A stretch of DNA of 64,000 bases from a virus. The translations under genes and the position numbers were made by a program. The notes beneath the pieces are model-generated. The model was not told the DNA's origin. It ran no database searches and was given only the letters and a program-made list of their open reading frames with translations. The stretch lies in the IMG/VR virus record IMGVR_UViG_3300046804_003780; one strand, written 5' to 3'. The stretch's first letter is position 1. Every line of letters begins with the position of its first letter. Below are positions 30,301 through 39,891 of the stretch, piece after piece.

Positions 30301-33300
30301 TGTGAATTTAAAAGTGTAACTCGTCTTAATTCTGTAGCAAAATTTGCACCTGTAAACTGTCTGAAAAACACTTCTTCAGAACCTTCATCACCAACATCAA
30401 ACGCAACATAACCATTATCAGATGTTGGACCTCCTAGTTGAACTCTAAAATAATCACTACCTGCCATTGTTGCATTTATAATATTAGCAGTTTGTGGCGC
30501 AGGTACAAATGCAGTTAAATTACCAATTAAGTTACTTGCTGCAACATTTCCAGTCGTAGTAATGTTACCAGGGAAAACTGTGTTGCCGCTTGCATCAAGT
30601 AATGTAACCTGTCTTTGTATATTAGGTCCATTATATTGTCTAAAGAATATTGGTTCTGACCCATTGTCGCCGGTGTTAAAGGATACATATCCAGAATCTG
30701 CTCCGGTGCCCCCAACTTCTAGACTAAAATAATCTGCATTTGTAGGACCTGCAACGTTTGCTCTTATAAGTTCAAAAACATTATTACCTGTAACTGTTGT
30801 AATTAATCTACCGCTAAAATTACCACCGTTAAATGTATTTGAAGTGAAGCTATTTGCACTCAAATCAGTATTTGCTACATTTATATTACCTACAAAATTA
30901 TTTGCTGTTATAGTACCACTGACAGATAAGTTACTATTCCAAGTTAGTGCTGCTGTACCACTTCTACCCAATCTAGCAGTTGAATCTGAACCGAATGTTA
31001 TATAACCAACTGTGTCATTTTGTTGGCCTCTTACAGCTAATGTATCGACTACGTTACGATCTCCCAACCATACACTGTTTCCAACTCTAAAGTTATTACC
31101 TGTGCCTACATTATTAGAATGGATTACACCGTTAGCTGTAACATTGCTTGAGACACTTATGTTACCAATATTTAAAACAGGTGATGTAATACTTTGAGCA
31201 TTAACGTTTGTTACTTGAATAGTATTAACGTTGGTTATATTTGCATTTGAGTGGATTCCTAATAATCCACCTAATATTATACTACCATTACTTGAAATTG
31301 CAATTATATTTGCATTGGCGTTACCTGTTGTAATTGTATTAGCAAAAATACTTAAAGTGCTGTTTGATGTGTTTGCTGCATTGCTAGACAATGTGTTCGC
31401 AAATACTGCTGGAGTTGTAACATTACCTGTTATATTTGCAAATGGTGCTGTAACAGTATTGGTCGCAGTTATGTTACCATTATTTGCAATTATATTACCA
31501 TTTACTGTTACATTTGCATTATTAATAGTTTGAATTATAGACCCACCAGCACGTAAAACAATTTCCCCATTGCCAGTATCACCATTTGTAATTACGATGT
31601 TACTTGTGCTACGACCAAAAATATTACCTGTAATTTGAGTAATATTGGCTGCAGGAGAATTAAATGAACCATTTATTGAAAGAGCTCCTGCTATTGTAGC
31701 ATTACCGCCTGAAAAAATATTACCACTTACACCCATACCACCTGTAACAACTAATGCTCCAGTTGTGGTTGATGTCGATACTGTACCTGAACGAACTCTA
31801 AATCCTAAATTAGCTTCGCTTTCAATACTTACAGAAACTATATAATTTGTACCATCACTCCATACATCAAAAATTTGTCCTGTTGCATATGTTATGGTTA
31901 TAGTTCCTGTGCCAGTATATCCAGAACCTTCAAATGTCCCACTAGGTGACACTAAAGATACGAATTGTCCACCAGTTCTTAATCTAAAGACAAAACTAGC
32001 TCCTTGATTTCCTAAAGGATTTGGTAAAGTTATGTTATAATTGCTGCCAGTAATATTTACTAATGCGCCTGACCTTGATAAGGGCAGTGTTGTTGCTGAA
32101 CTTACACTAAGATATGAACCAATTAGTCCACTTGTGTTTATAATACCCGAAGCATTTATATTAGTTACATTGCCTAAATTACCTGTATAATTTGGTAAGA
32201 AATTAGCTACATTTCCATCATTGTAAACATTTGTGTTTACACCTGTGAGGAAAGCGCCATTACCAAATAAGAAGGCACCCGTAATATTGCCTGCTGCACT
32301 TAATACATTTGCTGTTACACGATTTCCAGCAGTTATATTTTCAAATACACTAATATTGCCACCAAATCCAGAATCAATTGCTACGCTAAAGTTACCAGGT
32401 GAGATTGTAGCTACACTTGCACCACCAACCGTAACACTTATATTACCATTTGCTACAGGAATATTAATATTACTAACACCATTTGCAATACGTGCAACGT
32501 TAGCTGTTACGTTTGTAAGTAGTGCTCCATTACCTACAAATTGATTGCCTGTAATAGTACCTACAGCAGATATACTACCACTTGCTAAAATATTGTTACC
32601 TGACGCTATATTTCCAGCAGCACTTACAAGATTGGTAGCATATAAATTACCTACGTTGGCATTTGCAGATGCAGTTATGTTAGCACCATTTATGTTACCT
32701 GTTGTGCTAAGAGCGTTGCCAATAATATTATTTCCGTTAATATTTCCAGTAACTGATATATTACCAGATCCACTTAAAAGATTACCTAAATTAGCAGAGC
32801 CAATATTAAGTTGTCCTGTTATTGTTGTAGTACCAGTTACTGATAAATTTGCACTTGTTGAAATGTTTCCTGTTGCACTAATTGTACCAGCTGTCGTAAT
32901 ATTTTGTCCAGTTACGGTACCTGCTGCGCTTAATGCACCTGCTAAATTAAGGTTTGAATTTGAAGAAATATTTCCTGTTACACTCAAATTACCATTTAAA
33001 TTAGCTAATTGAGGCGATATAACTAACACATTAGGTGTGCCACTTACACCAAAGTTAATATTACCTGCATTAATAGGAATTCTTACATTACTTGATCCAT
33101 TTGCAATTGCTGTCCCTATTGACGGTGTAGTAAAACTTAAATTACCTGCTCCATCAGTAGTTATTACATCTCCTGCATTCCCTCCAAGTATGTTAAGACT
33201 ATCTATATTTGCTAGGTTTGCATTACCTGTAAGCGATAATTCACCTCCAACTCTAACACCTGTCGCTGTTACAGTAAAGACATTTGCAACACTTTGTACA

Positions 33301-36300
33301 CTGATTGTTACATTAGCATTAGGATTAACAACAACATTACTATTGCCACCTACTATTTGATTTGATGCTGGTAATGAACCAAATGTTAAGTTACCATTTG
33401 CGTCAACAACAGTTAGTACTTGATTTGCAATACCACCTGTTACTTTTAATCTAGCTATGTCAGTTAAAATATTACCGTTCGCAGTTAAACTACCACTTAC
33501 ACTCACTCCAGTGTTACTAAATATAGCAGATGTAACACCGGTAGCTACTATGTTAACAGGACCATTAATATTTTGAATGTTTACATTACTTGTACCGTTA
33601 CTGATTTGTGATGTGGGTGGACTTGCTACCCATGTAAGATTACCTTGTCCATCAGTAGAAAGCAATTGATTAGCCGCGCCACCTGTAATAGTTACATTGC
33701 CTATAGGACCTAAGTTTGATCTACCTGAAACAGTGATTCCCGTATTTGCAACTACAAATACGTTCGCATTACCTGCCACACTTGTACGCACATTGCCACT
33801 TAGATCAATAGTTATATTACTTTGTCCATTTGATATTGATGGTGCGATTGGTGCGGGTGCGAATGATATATTTCCAGAACCATCAGTTATAATAATGTTG
33901 TTAGCATTTCCACCTTGAATTTTAACGTTACTAATATTTCCTAAATTAGCAAGGCCAGTATTTACTATACCCGTTGCACTTACTGTGCTTGTAATAATAC
34001 CAGTGTTAGTAAACTGGGTAACATTAGGGGTACCAGCAACACTTACTCTTATATTTGTATTAGCACCAACTACTATATTACTACTACCATTGACGATACT
34101 TTGTGTTGCTGGTGCTGAAGCCCAACCAATTAAACCAGCGTTACCTGTTGTAGTTAATACCTGACCTGTTTGTCCACCTAAAATCCTTAAGTTAGCGATA
34201 GTGCCTAAGTTTACAGGAGCGAAAAAGTTTACTGCTTCATTAAATACTGCGTTTACATTACTAGCAAATGTCGATTGTTCTACTCTAATTCTATTAGCGA
34301 AGCCAGCAACTGTAAATTCTATATTAGCATTTTCTTCAATATTAATAGCACTAAGTCCATTAGCAACTCTATTTGCTGTAGGAGAAAGCCAAGATAAATT
34401 ACCTACCCCGTCTGTTGATAAAATTTGACCTTTAAGGCCTCCTAATATTCTAAGATTTGAAACCTGCCCTAATGCTACATTTGAAGTAAATTCAAAATTA
34501 ACGTTACCAGTAATATTACTTACAGTAAGATTGTTTAAGTTTCCTAAATCAGTGATATTATTTTGACTAGGTGACGTAAGAATTCCAGAAATAAAGTTTG
34601 CAGTTGCTAGATTCCCTAAGTTTGCATTACCTGTTCTAAGATTACCAACCACGCTTAATGACGTTAAATTACCCACTGCAGTAATATTTGCCTGTGATGC
34701 AAATGTAACAGTTGTTGCTACTAATGCATTAGGTACTTGTCCAGTTACATTAGCGCCAGGAATACCAAATAATCTTGAGGCATTTCCAGAAAACGTACCG
34801 CTTGTTACTCCATTACTCTTGTTAAAAGTAAGTGCTGATGAAGCTCCAAACACTCCATTGTCATTAAATTGAATACTTGTATTTGATCCAGCTGCTGGAA
34901 TAACTGCTGTTATGTTCGAGAATGACAAATTACCACTTCCATTTGTCACAAGAACCTCATTGTTGTTACCACCAAAAATTCTTAAGTTTGCTATGCTTCC
35001 TAAATTGGCTAAGTTACCTACTGTTAAATCATTTACAATCCCAGAAGAAATTATAGTATTTGCTGCATTAATAGTTAACTGATTTACGTTAGAGGTAAGT
35101 GATGTTTGACCTATTGCCACACCGACGTTACTTACTGCTAAACTGCGATAACTATTAGCAGGAGTACCTAAATCGTAAGTATTTCCAATATTTGGAATAA
35201 GATTAGATTGAACAAAATTTGCAACTGCTAAGTTATTAACAGTTGCATTAGAATTTATTGTCAGTGTATTAGCATTTAACGCATTGGATTGAATTGTACC
35301 AAATGCGCTAATATTTGAAGTAGATATTAAATTTGCTACATTCGCTAAATTACTAACAGTCAATCTATTAGCAATTGTTATATTATTACTTGAAATGTTT
35401 GCATTTACAGATAGATTGCCGGTTGAATTTAAATTTGCACCTGTAATGTTTCCGTTGGCAGTTACTAATCCGCCAGTTATAAGATTACCAACTGTAGCGT
35501 TTGCAACTATATTAGTAGTATTTGCATTAAGTATGTTAGACTGAATATTTGCGCTAGCAACAATTGAACCATTGGCACTGATATTGCTTAAAAAGGATGC
35601 ACCGTTTACAGTAAGCGTATTTGATATTGTTGTTAAAGGTAAGTTTGCATTTCCTGTAACACTTAGATTACCTGTTTGTATATTAGTGGTTAAAATATTA
35701 CCTGTAACATTAAAAGCTGAAGTAGTTAAAGAAGTTGCATTTAATGATGTTATATTTGCATTATTTGCATTTAAATTACTTACATTTGATGTATCAGCAG
35801 TCAGCAATCCAGTGATTGCAAAAGAGTTTTGACTTATTACTACTACATTTTGTGTATTGTTAACAGTAAAATTAATTGCATTTGTTGAAGGAATAATGAA
35901 AGTGTTTGTACCACTTGCCAAATTACCTCTTAAATTACCTAAAAAGAAATTAGCTACAACAGCATTTCCTAAACTTGCATTTGAACCTGATACTGTACCT
36001 GTTGTACTAATGGCTCCTGTTGCTGATAAACTTGCTACCTGTAAACTACCGCCTATCGTAGCATTACCTGATGCACTTAATCCTGTTGTATTTACATTTG
36101 CTGTTACACTTATATTTCCAGTGGAATTTACATTTGCTCCAACAACATTACCATTAGCAACAATTCCAGTAATACTCAACACACCGGATATATTTGCATT
36201 ACCCAAATTAGCATTATTCGCAACAAAGTTTCCTGCTGCTGTAATATTAGATGTTGATGATATGTTTCCAGTTACACTTAAATTGCCTGCAGCGGTTATA

Positions 36301-39140
36301 TTTAAACCTAGGATGTTACCTGATGCGCTTACAAAGCCTGTTGTCGAAACATTTGCTCCTGTCAAATTACCTGAGGCACTTACTACACCTGTAGTAAATA
36401 AATTAGCTCCTGTTATATTACCGGTTACACTGTGTGTTCCAGTAACTTGAACTCCCTGAGGAGTAATTAACTCTACGTTAGATACGCCACCTACGCTTAC
36501 ACCAACATTCCCGTTAGCCGCAACAGTAACATTACTATTACCATTTATAATTTGAGTGCCAGCACCAATAGTCAAATTAGTCAATAAACTTCCATCGCCT
36601 TGGAAGAAGTTTGCTCTTACTAAATTTCCTAAGTTAGCATTTTGACTAAGGATATTGCCATTTGCTGTTAATTGGCCTGCTATTGAAACACTCGCTGCAG
36701 AAACAGCACCCCCTACGCTTAGTGCTCCTGCTACCCCTAAAGGTCCAACATTAGCATTTCCTGTGACACTTAAATTTCCTGATGTTGCTAGATTAGTTCC
36801 TAAAACATTTCCATTTGCACTAAGTGCCCCAGAAGATAAACTACCTACACTTAGTGTGCCATTAGCAGTTATATTGCCAATTACAGTCAATCCTGTATTA
36901 TTAACTCTTACAACATTGGCAGTTCCTCCAGATCCAATTCGAATCTCTCCGTTAATGCTTGGTATAGAAACATTGCTTGTGCCGTTCGTTAGTTGATTAA
37001 GTGAACTTTGATTTCCTAAATTAATTCCTGTTAAAAATGCACCGTTACCTAAAATATAATTGTCTGATCTTATATTCCCTGTCGTACTAATTTCATTTGT
37101 GACGATTAAATTATTTGTTGTCACATTGCCCGAAACAGAAATATTTCCTGAATTTACCTGTTGTCCAATTAAAGTGCCTACCGCACTCACATTTCCTGAT
37201 GTGAGTAAATTTGCACCTATTACATTACCATTGGCACTAACTCGTCCCGCTGTAGTTATGTTTGCTCCTGATAAAGTACCATTTGCATTGATTGCGCTTG
37301 CTGCATTTAAGTTATTTGCTAAAACATTTCCTAATACACTTACGTTATTTGAATTTACGTTATTAGCAGAAATATTACCTGCTGTACTAATTTGAGTAGT
37401 GGCAATTAAATTTGCACCCTGTATATTTCCATTTGCAGTTACACTACCTGTACTTGATATAGTAGCTCCTCTAATATTAGAGTTAGAAACGATATTATTT
37501 GAAACATTTAAGTTTGCACTATTTAAATTTCCTGTTGCACTAATTGTTGTACTTTGAAGTATGTTAGTTAAAGGATTAAATGTTAAATTTGGACTTGCTG
37601 CCAAACCATCATTAATGTTATATTGAATTTGATTGGTTAATCCTGCAACAATGTCAGGTAACACAACTGGGCTCCAACTTAAATTACCAGTTCCATCTGT
37701 AACCAAAGTATAATCAGGATACCCTCCGGTGATTCTGACGTTTGAAACATCACCTAAATTTGTAATACCGTTTACATCCAGTCCCGTCAATGTGCCAACC
37801 GTAGTTATATTAGGTTGTGATGAAGAATTTGCTATTAATTTTCCAGATAAAAAATTCGCATAAACAGCATTAGCAATATTTGCGTTTTCAGCAGTAATTG
37901 TGTTACTTGCGATGCCGTTTGCATCTGAAGAAATTGACGTATTACCTAAATAAATCGTATTGCCTGATAACCATAGTTCTTTCCAACGTTGTGTTGGGCT
38001 TCCTAAATTTTGTTGTAAATCATCTTGGGGTATAAGATTACCTTTTACTACACCAGTTAATGAAAGATTTCCTATATTTGCATTACCTAGTGTGTTTAAT
38101 CCAGCTGATGTGACAACACCCCCTGCACTTATTTGTCCTGTAGTTCTTAAATTACCACCAGTAACATTACCTGTTGCACTAATACTTGAATTTGCATTTA
38201 CAGTTGTAAAATTAGCAGGCGCTGCGTTACCTGTTCCTAAACCAAGAGATCCTGTCAAGTTCGCTGAAGTAAGAAGCGTGGTTGTTATTCTTGTTATGTT
38301 TGCATTACCAGTTAATGATAAATTACTTGTATCTTTATTAAAGGTAAGATTTGCACTACCACCAAATAATCCAGCTGTATCTTGGAACTGAATTTGTGTG
38401 TTGGCACCACCTGGAGTCCCTGTGCCTGCTTGATAGAATGAACAAATAATATTACCTGTATTGGCAACTGCAGGGGTAAAACCTGTACTGTTGACTGCGT
38501 TAGCTAATCCTGGATCGCTATATATCGAAAAAGTTTTATTTGTTAATTTGACGCCATAATATTTGTTTGTATTGTTTTCACCAGACACCGCAATTTCAGG
38601 CATACCTGCTACACCAATAATAGTTAGTGGAATACCAGTGACAATAGTATTATCATTAATTGTAGTTACAACTGCTGGATTGGCTTTTGTAATGCCTTGT
38701 ATTCTAAATGTGCCAACACCAGTACCTTCCCAGCTCAAGTTACCAGTACCATCTGTGGTTAACACATAACCGTTTAATCCACCTCTTAGTACAACATTGT
38801 TAGCAGTTCCTAAATCTATTTTAATATTGCTTGTGCCACCAGCGTTAACCCATGTATTTGCATTAGCTACTAACACTTGACCTGTGTTGACAGGACTGTT
38901 TAGAGATATTTGTGTGTTAGCAGTACCGCCTATTTTAGACCAGTTGAGTACAGAAACTTCTGTTAAAATCTCTGTTTGAGTGGTTAGTGCATTGCCTGAA
39001 GGGGGAAATAGATTAGGATCATTCCCAATGTATAATCTGCGTTCGTCAGTTGCAAACCCTAATTCGCCCTCAGCTAGTTGGGGCAAGTCAACGTTAGCCC
39101 CTGTGCGGTGTTGAATCTTAGAAATCTGTATAATAGCCAT
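24363..39140 (-). CDS. Giant tail-fibre/adhesin-like virion protein (4925 aa)
   Basis: Mtd-N-like start (IQHRTG...LPQLAEGELGFATDERRLYIG), long N/G/T/A/I-rich beta-repeat shaft, repeated GQVLTTDG.GNLSW and NG.SNV.I motifs, repeated knob modules, C-terminal tip domain ending LVKVAANTWYING. Confidence 0.85.
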   Translation of the reverse strand: MAIIQISKIQHRTGANVDLPQLAEGELGFATDERRLYIGNDPNLFPPSGNALTTQTEILTEVSVLNWSKIGGTANTQISLNSPVNTGQVLVANANTWVNAGGTSNIKIDLGTANNVVLRGGLNGYVLTTDGTGNLSWEGTGVGTFRIQGITKANPAVVTTINDNTIVTGIPLTIIGVAGMPEIAVSGENNTNKYYGVKLTNKTFSIYSDPGLANAVNSTGFTPAVANTGNIICSFYQAGTGTPGGANTQIQFQDTAGLFGGSANLTFNKDTSNLSLTGNANITRITTTLLTSANLTGSLGLGTGNAAPANFTTVNANSSISATGNVTGGNLRTTGQISAGGVVTSAGLNTLGNANIGNLSLTGVVKGNLIPQDDLQQNLGSPTQRWKELWLSGNTIYLGNTSISSDANGIASNTITAENANIANAVYANFLSGKLIANSSSQPNITTVGTLTGLDVNGITNLGDVSNVRITGGYPDYTLVTDGTGNLSWSPVVLPDIVAGLTNQIQYNINDGLAASPNLTFNPLTNILQSTTISATGNLNSANLNVSNNIVSNSNIRGATISSTGSVTANGNIQGANLIATTQISTAGNISANNVNSNNVSVLGNVLANNLNAASAINANGTLSGANITTAGRVSANGNVIGANLLTSGNVSAVGTLIGQQVNSGNISVSGNVTTNNLIVTNEISTTGNIRSDNYILGNGAFLTGINLGNQSSLNQLTNGTSNVSIPSINGEIRIGSGGTANVVRVNNTGLTVIGNITANGTLSVGSLSSGALSANGNVLGTNLATSGNLSVTGNANVGPLGVAGALSVGGAVSAASVSIAGQLTANGNILSQNANLGNLVRANFFQGDGSLLTNLTIGAGTQIINGNSNVTVAANGNVGVSVGGVSNVELITPQGVQVTGTHSVTGNITGANLFTTGVVSASGNLTGANVSTTGFVSASGNILGLNITAAGNLSVTGNISSTSNITAAGNFVANNANLGNANISGVLSITGIVANGNVVGANVNSTGNISVTANVNTTGLSASGNATIGGSLQVASLSATGAISTTGTVSGSNASLGNAVVANFFLGNLRGNLASGTNTFIIPSTNAINFTVNNTQNVVVISQNSFAITGLLTADTSNVSNLNANNANITSLNATSLTTSAFNVTGNILTTNIQTGNLSVTGNANLPLTTISNTLTVNGASFLSNISANGSIVASANIQSNILNANTTNIVANATVGNLITGGLVTANGNITGANLNSTGNLSVNANISSNNITIANRLTVSNLANVANLISTSNISAFGTIQSNALNANTLTINSNATVNNLAVANFVQSNLIPNIGNTYDLGTPANSYRSLAVSNVGVAIGQTSLTSNVNQLTINAANTIISSGIVNDLTVGNLANLGSIANLRIFGGNNNEVLVTNGSGNLSFSNITAVIPAAGSNTSIQFNDNGVFGASSALTFNKSNGVTSGTFSGNASRLFGIPGANVTGQVPNALVATTVTFASQANITAVGNLTSLSVVGNLRTGNANLGNLATANFISGILTSPSQNNITDLGNLNNLTVSNITGNVNFEFTSNVALGQVSNLRILGGLKGQILSTDGVGNLSWLSPTANRVANGLSAINIEENANIEFTVAGFANRIRVEQSTFASNVNAVFNEAVNFFAPVNLGTIANLRILGGQTGQVLTTTGNAGLIGWASAPATQSIVNGSSNIVVGANTNIRVSVAGTPNVTQFTNTGIITSTVSATGIVNTGLANLGNISNVKIQGGNANNIIITDGSGNISFAPAPIAPSISNGQSNITIDLSGNVRTSVAGNANVFVVANTGITVSGRSNLGPIGNVTITGGAANQLLSTDGQGNLTWVASPPTSQISNGTSNVNIQNINGPVNIVATGVTSAIFSNTGVSVSGSLTANGNILTDIARLKVTGGIANQVLTVVDANGNLTFGSLPASNQIVGGNSNVVVNPNANVTISVQSVANVFTVTATGVRVGGELSLTGNANLANIDSLNILGGNAGDVITTDGAGNLSFTTPSIGTAIANGSSNVRIPINAGNINFGVSGTPNVLVISPQLANLNGNLSVTGNISSNSNLNLAGALSAAGTVTGQNITTAGTISATGNISTSANLSVTGTTTITGQLNIGSANLGNLLSGSGNISVTGNINGNNIIGNALSTTGNINGANITASANANVGNLYATNLVSAAGNIASGNNILASGSISAVGTITGNQFVGNGALLTNVTANVARIANGVSNINIPVANGNISVTVGGASVATISPGNFSVAIDSGFGGNISVFENITAGNRVTANVLSAAGNITGAFLFGNGAFLTGVNTNVYNDGNVANFLPNYTGNLGNVTNINASGIINTSGLIGSYLSVSSATTLPLSRSGALVNITGSNYNITLPNPLGNQGASFVFRLRTGGQFVSLVSPSGTFEGSGYTGTGTITITYATGQIFDVWSDGTNYIVSVSIESEANLGFRVRSGTVSTSTTTGALVVTGGMGVSGNIFSGGNATIAGALSINGSFNSPAANITQITGNIFGRSTSNIVITNGDTGNGEIVLRAGGSIIQTINNANVTVNGNIIANNGNITATNTVTAPFANITGNVTTPAVFANTLSSNAANTSNSTLSIFANTITTGNANANIIAISSNGSIILGGLLGIHSNANITNVNTIQVTNVNAQSITSPVLNIGNISVSSNVTANGVIHSNNVGTGNNFRVGNSVWLGDRNVVDTLAVRGQQNDTVGYITFGSDSTARLGRSGTAALTWNSNLSVSGTITANNFVGNINVANTDLSANSFTSNTFNGGNFSGRLITTVTGNNVFELIRANVAGPTNADYFSLEVGGTGADSGYVSFNTGDNGSEPIFFRQYNGPNIQRQVTLLDASGNTVFPGNITTTGNVAASNLIGNLTAFVPAPQTANIINATMAGSDYFRVQLGGPTSDNGYVAFDVGDEGSEEVFFRQFTGANFATELRRVTLLNSQGNAVFPNQVSAVGFLGTSVSVSGTVTATSLVGNISTTGNINAGNITGNFSGTNANLVNLFATSFIQAPIIGNAASNIGGNVISGNTVSVTGTVSGASLSGNLSASLANVISYTGNNASLTANITANNFISTSTGTGNNFAVGNRAFIGDANIADTIIIKGQNNPANGYIIFGTGNNSQTLGRAGTGPLTYTGNISANGTITANNFIGNFTFANVDVNANSFTSNNFFGGNLVGTLTTNTITGNSTFQLIRSNIADNDYFRVIVGGTGSDQGFVSFDTGDQGNEPIYFRQYNGSNIEHQVTILDANGVSRFEDAVSNSFRGNLVSSPATSTTAVDIVSGTMAGTDSFRIQLGAIANTTNRGIVSFDTGDGSSNANAVIQFRQFYGNGFTTVQSNLTLLDQGGDTSIPGNVSIAKSLSVTGNINVAGTFTTGNVSATSNITTPSLTATTITSNANIFANNISATGNIRASNDIITTQDVQASRILSTGNITATGLVTGTTISASGNITGASLLGNVVSISGNITGASLLGNVVSVSGNINGNNVITNTLTSVGNIVTAAQNNTPNIFRISNKAWLGDIGINDTLLLTGNANAANGYIVFGNGNSSQSLGRAGTGPLTYTGNMSLSGNVTANNFVGNFNFSNGDVIANSFTSNNFIGRLISNNLTGSNTAVLIRGNVADNDYFELTVGGTGTNQGFVEFSTGDEGTEPIYFRQYTGATVTSNLTLLDGSGNTILNKNLSVPGNINLTSSGNLSTAGNVIANRIFGTLTASVSGTNSANIVQGTMAGTDAFRIQAGGTASDQGFLEIATADNGNEPIYVRQYTIVGSDPFGGISREVIVLDANGNSFFPGVITATGGISASGNVNVASNINITGVGSALRINNGNIFANNGLIFGDDIRGNTVTSATYVQANTELRVGTTGNVYIYANGFITTNNNINTTANISASGNINLGGNISATGNLTGNRFIGNTVSITGTATAASLVGDLTANNANIGNVTGTTSSVSGNVTGNLFISNGTGTGNNYRVGNAAWLGDITDADTVRITGIANPANGFIVFGNGNNAAKLGRNGVGALTYTGNMSATGTITANNFVGNFTFANSDVNANSFSSNNFFGGNFVGRLTVNALTGTSNAELIRANIATSDFFALTVGGTAADAGFAAFDVGDNGNEQIFFRQFTGAAPTRTLTLLDPNGNTILPNNLSVTANITTTSNVIANNFVGNLSMSVAGGVVANVINTTVAGSDYFRIQIGGSTDQGYVSIDTANEGNEPIFVRQYISTQVDPYAALNREVILLSNSGNTVFPGTVSVGGGISVTGAISAGGSLSVPNLSVSGNIVAAAIISATGNIIGSSNLSVVSGITAGSILSSGTLSANGNITTPANISATGLIESFGNMRTSANLCVVGNISNPSGNITSNNFTGNAVSVTGNVTAANLVGNLTATSAVITSATGTSSSVTGNVTGNIIISSATGSGNNFRVGTTTWIGDIGVTETLMISGQSNIANGYVVFGNGNNSARLGRAGTGPLTYSGDMSLTGNITANNLFGNVTLSGDLTANNFTANNFIGGNIRGLLTTANLTGTTNANIILSNIADSDYFRVVVGGTSTDNGFVSFETGDNGNEPIFFRQFNGITPRTLTLLDSTGNTNLPGSLSVVGNISTANNITANTFTGNLQITLSGTNTANILNTTIADNDYFRIQVGGSSSNAGFVSFDTANEGTEPIFVRQYTESGGNPYGTVARSLTLLDSGGNTSIPGSLSVGGLVSASGTVSAPQVVANITTPTLSGSNTANALYGGIATDDFYRIQVGGTGANSGFISIDTADNGNEPIYVRQYTNSGGNPFGTLTRTLTLLDSVGDTLVPGNLNISGAFSNVAIPAGGNARIGYRISPIQTKNSSYTLAVDDSDTLLYFAGQPGGTNLNIQSDGTSVLPFGTQIRLINGDAFQNVTVLPAVGVTLRYQGTTGTRTLAAYADTTLVKVAANTWYINGWGIT
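24750..31110 (-). repeat. Higher-order coding repeat (A-B-B)x5-B within the giant fibre
   Basis: Five A modules (GNNFRVG..(W/F)(L/I)GD....DT....G......GY(I/V).FG) and eleven B modules (DYFR..VGG...D.G(F/Y)V.FDT.D.G.EPI..RQY...LTLLD..G.T..PG). Confidence 0.9.
28690..28785. repeat. Near-perfect 48-bp tandem duplication
   Basis: atgttacctgata(c/t)agaaactacattacctaatag(g/a)ctagcaccagtt x2, 46/48 identical; encodes SGNITGASLLGNVVS(I/V) twice. Confidence 0.9.
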
Positions 39141-39198
39141 AGTATAATTCTTAAGAAAAGATGATTATACTATTTATCAATCTATTTTAGATTGGAAA

Positions 39199-39885
39199 CT
39201 ATAGGAATTTACTGTAATATTCGTCTAGTTTGCGAAACCAAAGGTCAGAATATTTGTCAAATTCTAATCCTTCAACTACAAATTCTAAGTATTCATTATC
39301 GGCGGTACACATAAAAATAACTCCTTTTCTTATGTTTGTACCATGAACTTCATTATGTGCATTTGCATAGGCTGCTGATTGAATAAAATAATCTTCAATC
39401 CATTCACGCTTTTTAACTTTATTACTTTGTTTGTGATCCATGATTGCCTCAGCACCGTCATGTATGCCACATAAATCGGTAGTACCAGCGTAAATTTTAG
39501 GAAAATAAAGAGGAACTTCAACTCCCCATGCTTCATTTACTTTTGAAAGGCCTTTTGTAATAATACTCTGTGCCATTTTATGACTTTGAATGCTATATGG
39601 ATTGCTTCCTGGCTCTTTAAGAATTCCTTCTTTTATATAATCCTCTATGAACTTATGCATTCTTGTACCACGACCTGCTGCTTCTGTTGTGATTTCTTGC
39701 GCACGTTTGTGACCTACACGATTGCGCCACTCCATTAATGCTTTTTTGCTTTCTTCTGATTTGGTCGCATCTAATATTGTAGTAACACTTGGAAGTTTTT
39801 CTCCATCCGGCGTAGCATACTTTCTTGAACCGTCAATTGTTTCTTTGCTAAACTTAACGTAATTAAATTTGTTTGGATTATACAT
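39199..39885 (-). CDS. PD-(D/E)XK exonuclease (T4-like phage exonuclease A type)
   Basis: R.Y.TPDG.KLPSVTTIL, RGTRMH...E, E..LY....YAG.TD, IMDHKQS, Y..Q..AY. Confidence 0.85.
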   Translation of the reverse strand: MYNPNKFNYVKFSKETIDGSRKYATPDGEKLPSVTTILDATKSEESKKALMEWRNRVGHKRAQEITTEAAGRGTRMHKFIEDYIKEGILKEPGSNPYSIQSHKMAQSIITKGLSKVNEAWGVEVPLYFPKIYAGTTDLCGIHDGAEAIMDHKQSNKVKKREWIEDYFIQSAAYANAHNEVHGTNIRKGVIFMCTADNEYLEFVVEGLEFDKYSDLWFRKLDEYYSKFL

Positions 39886-39891
39886 CAAGTC

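Noticed and set aside
24973-38769. Many plus-strand ORFs inside the 4925-aa gene
   Set aside because: Antisense shadows produced by repetitive GNIT/ANL codons
24363-39140. Diversity-generating retroelement target suggested by the Mtd-like N-terminus
   Set aside because: No reverse transcriptase or adenine-variant template/variable repeat pair seen in this window
39199-39885. Possible Cas4 next to IscA
   Set aside because: Lacks the four-Cys Fe-S motif; fits an ordinary phage PD-(D/E)XK exonuclease
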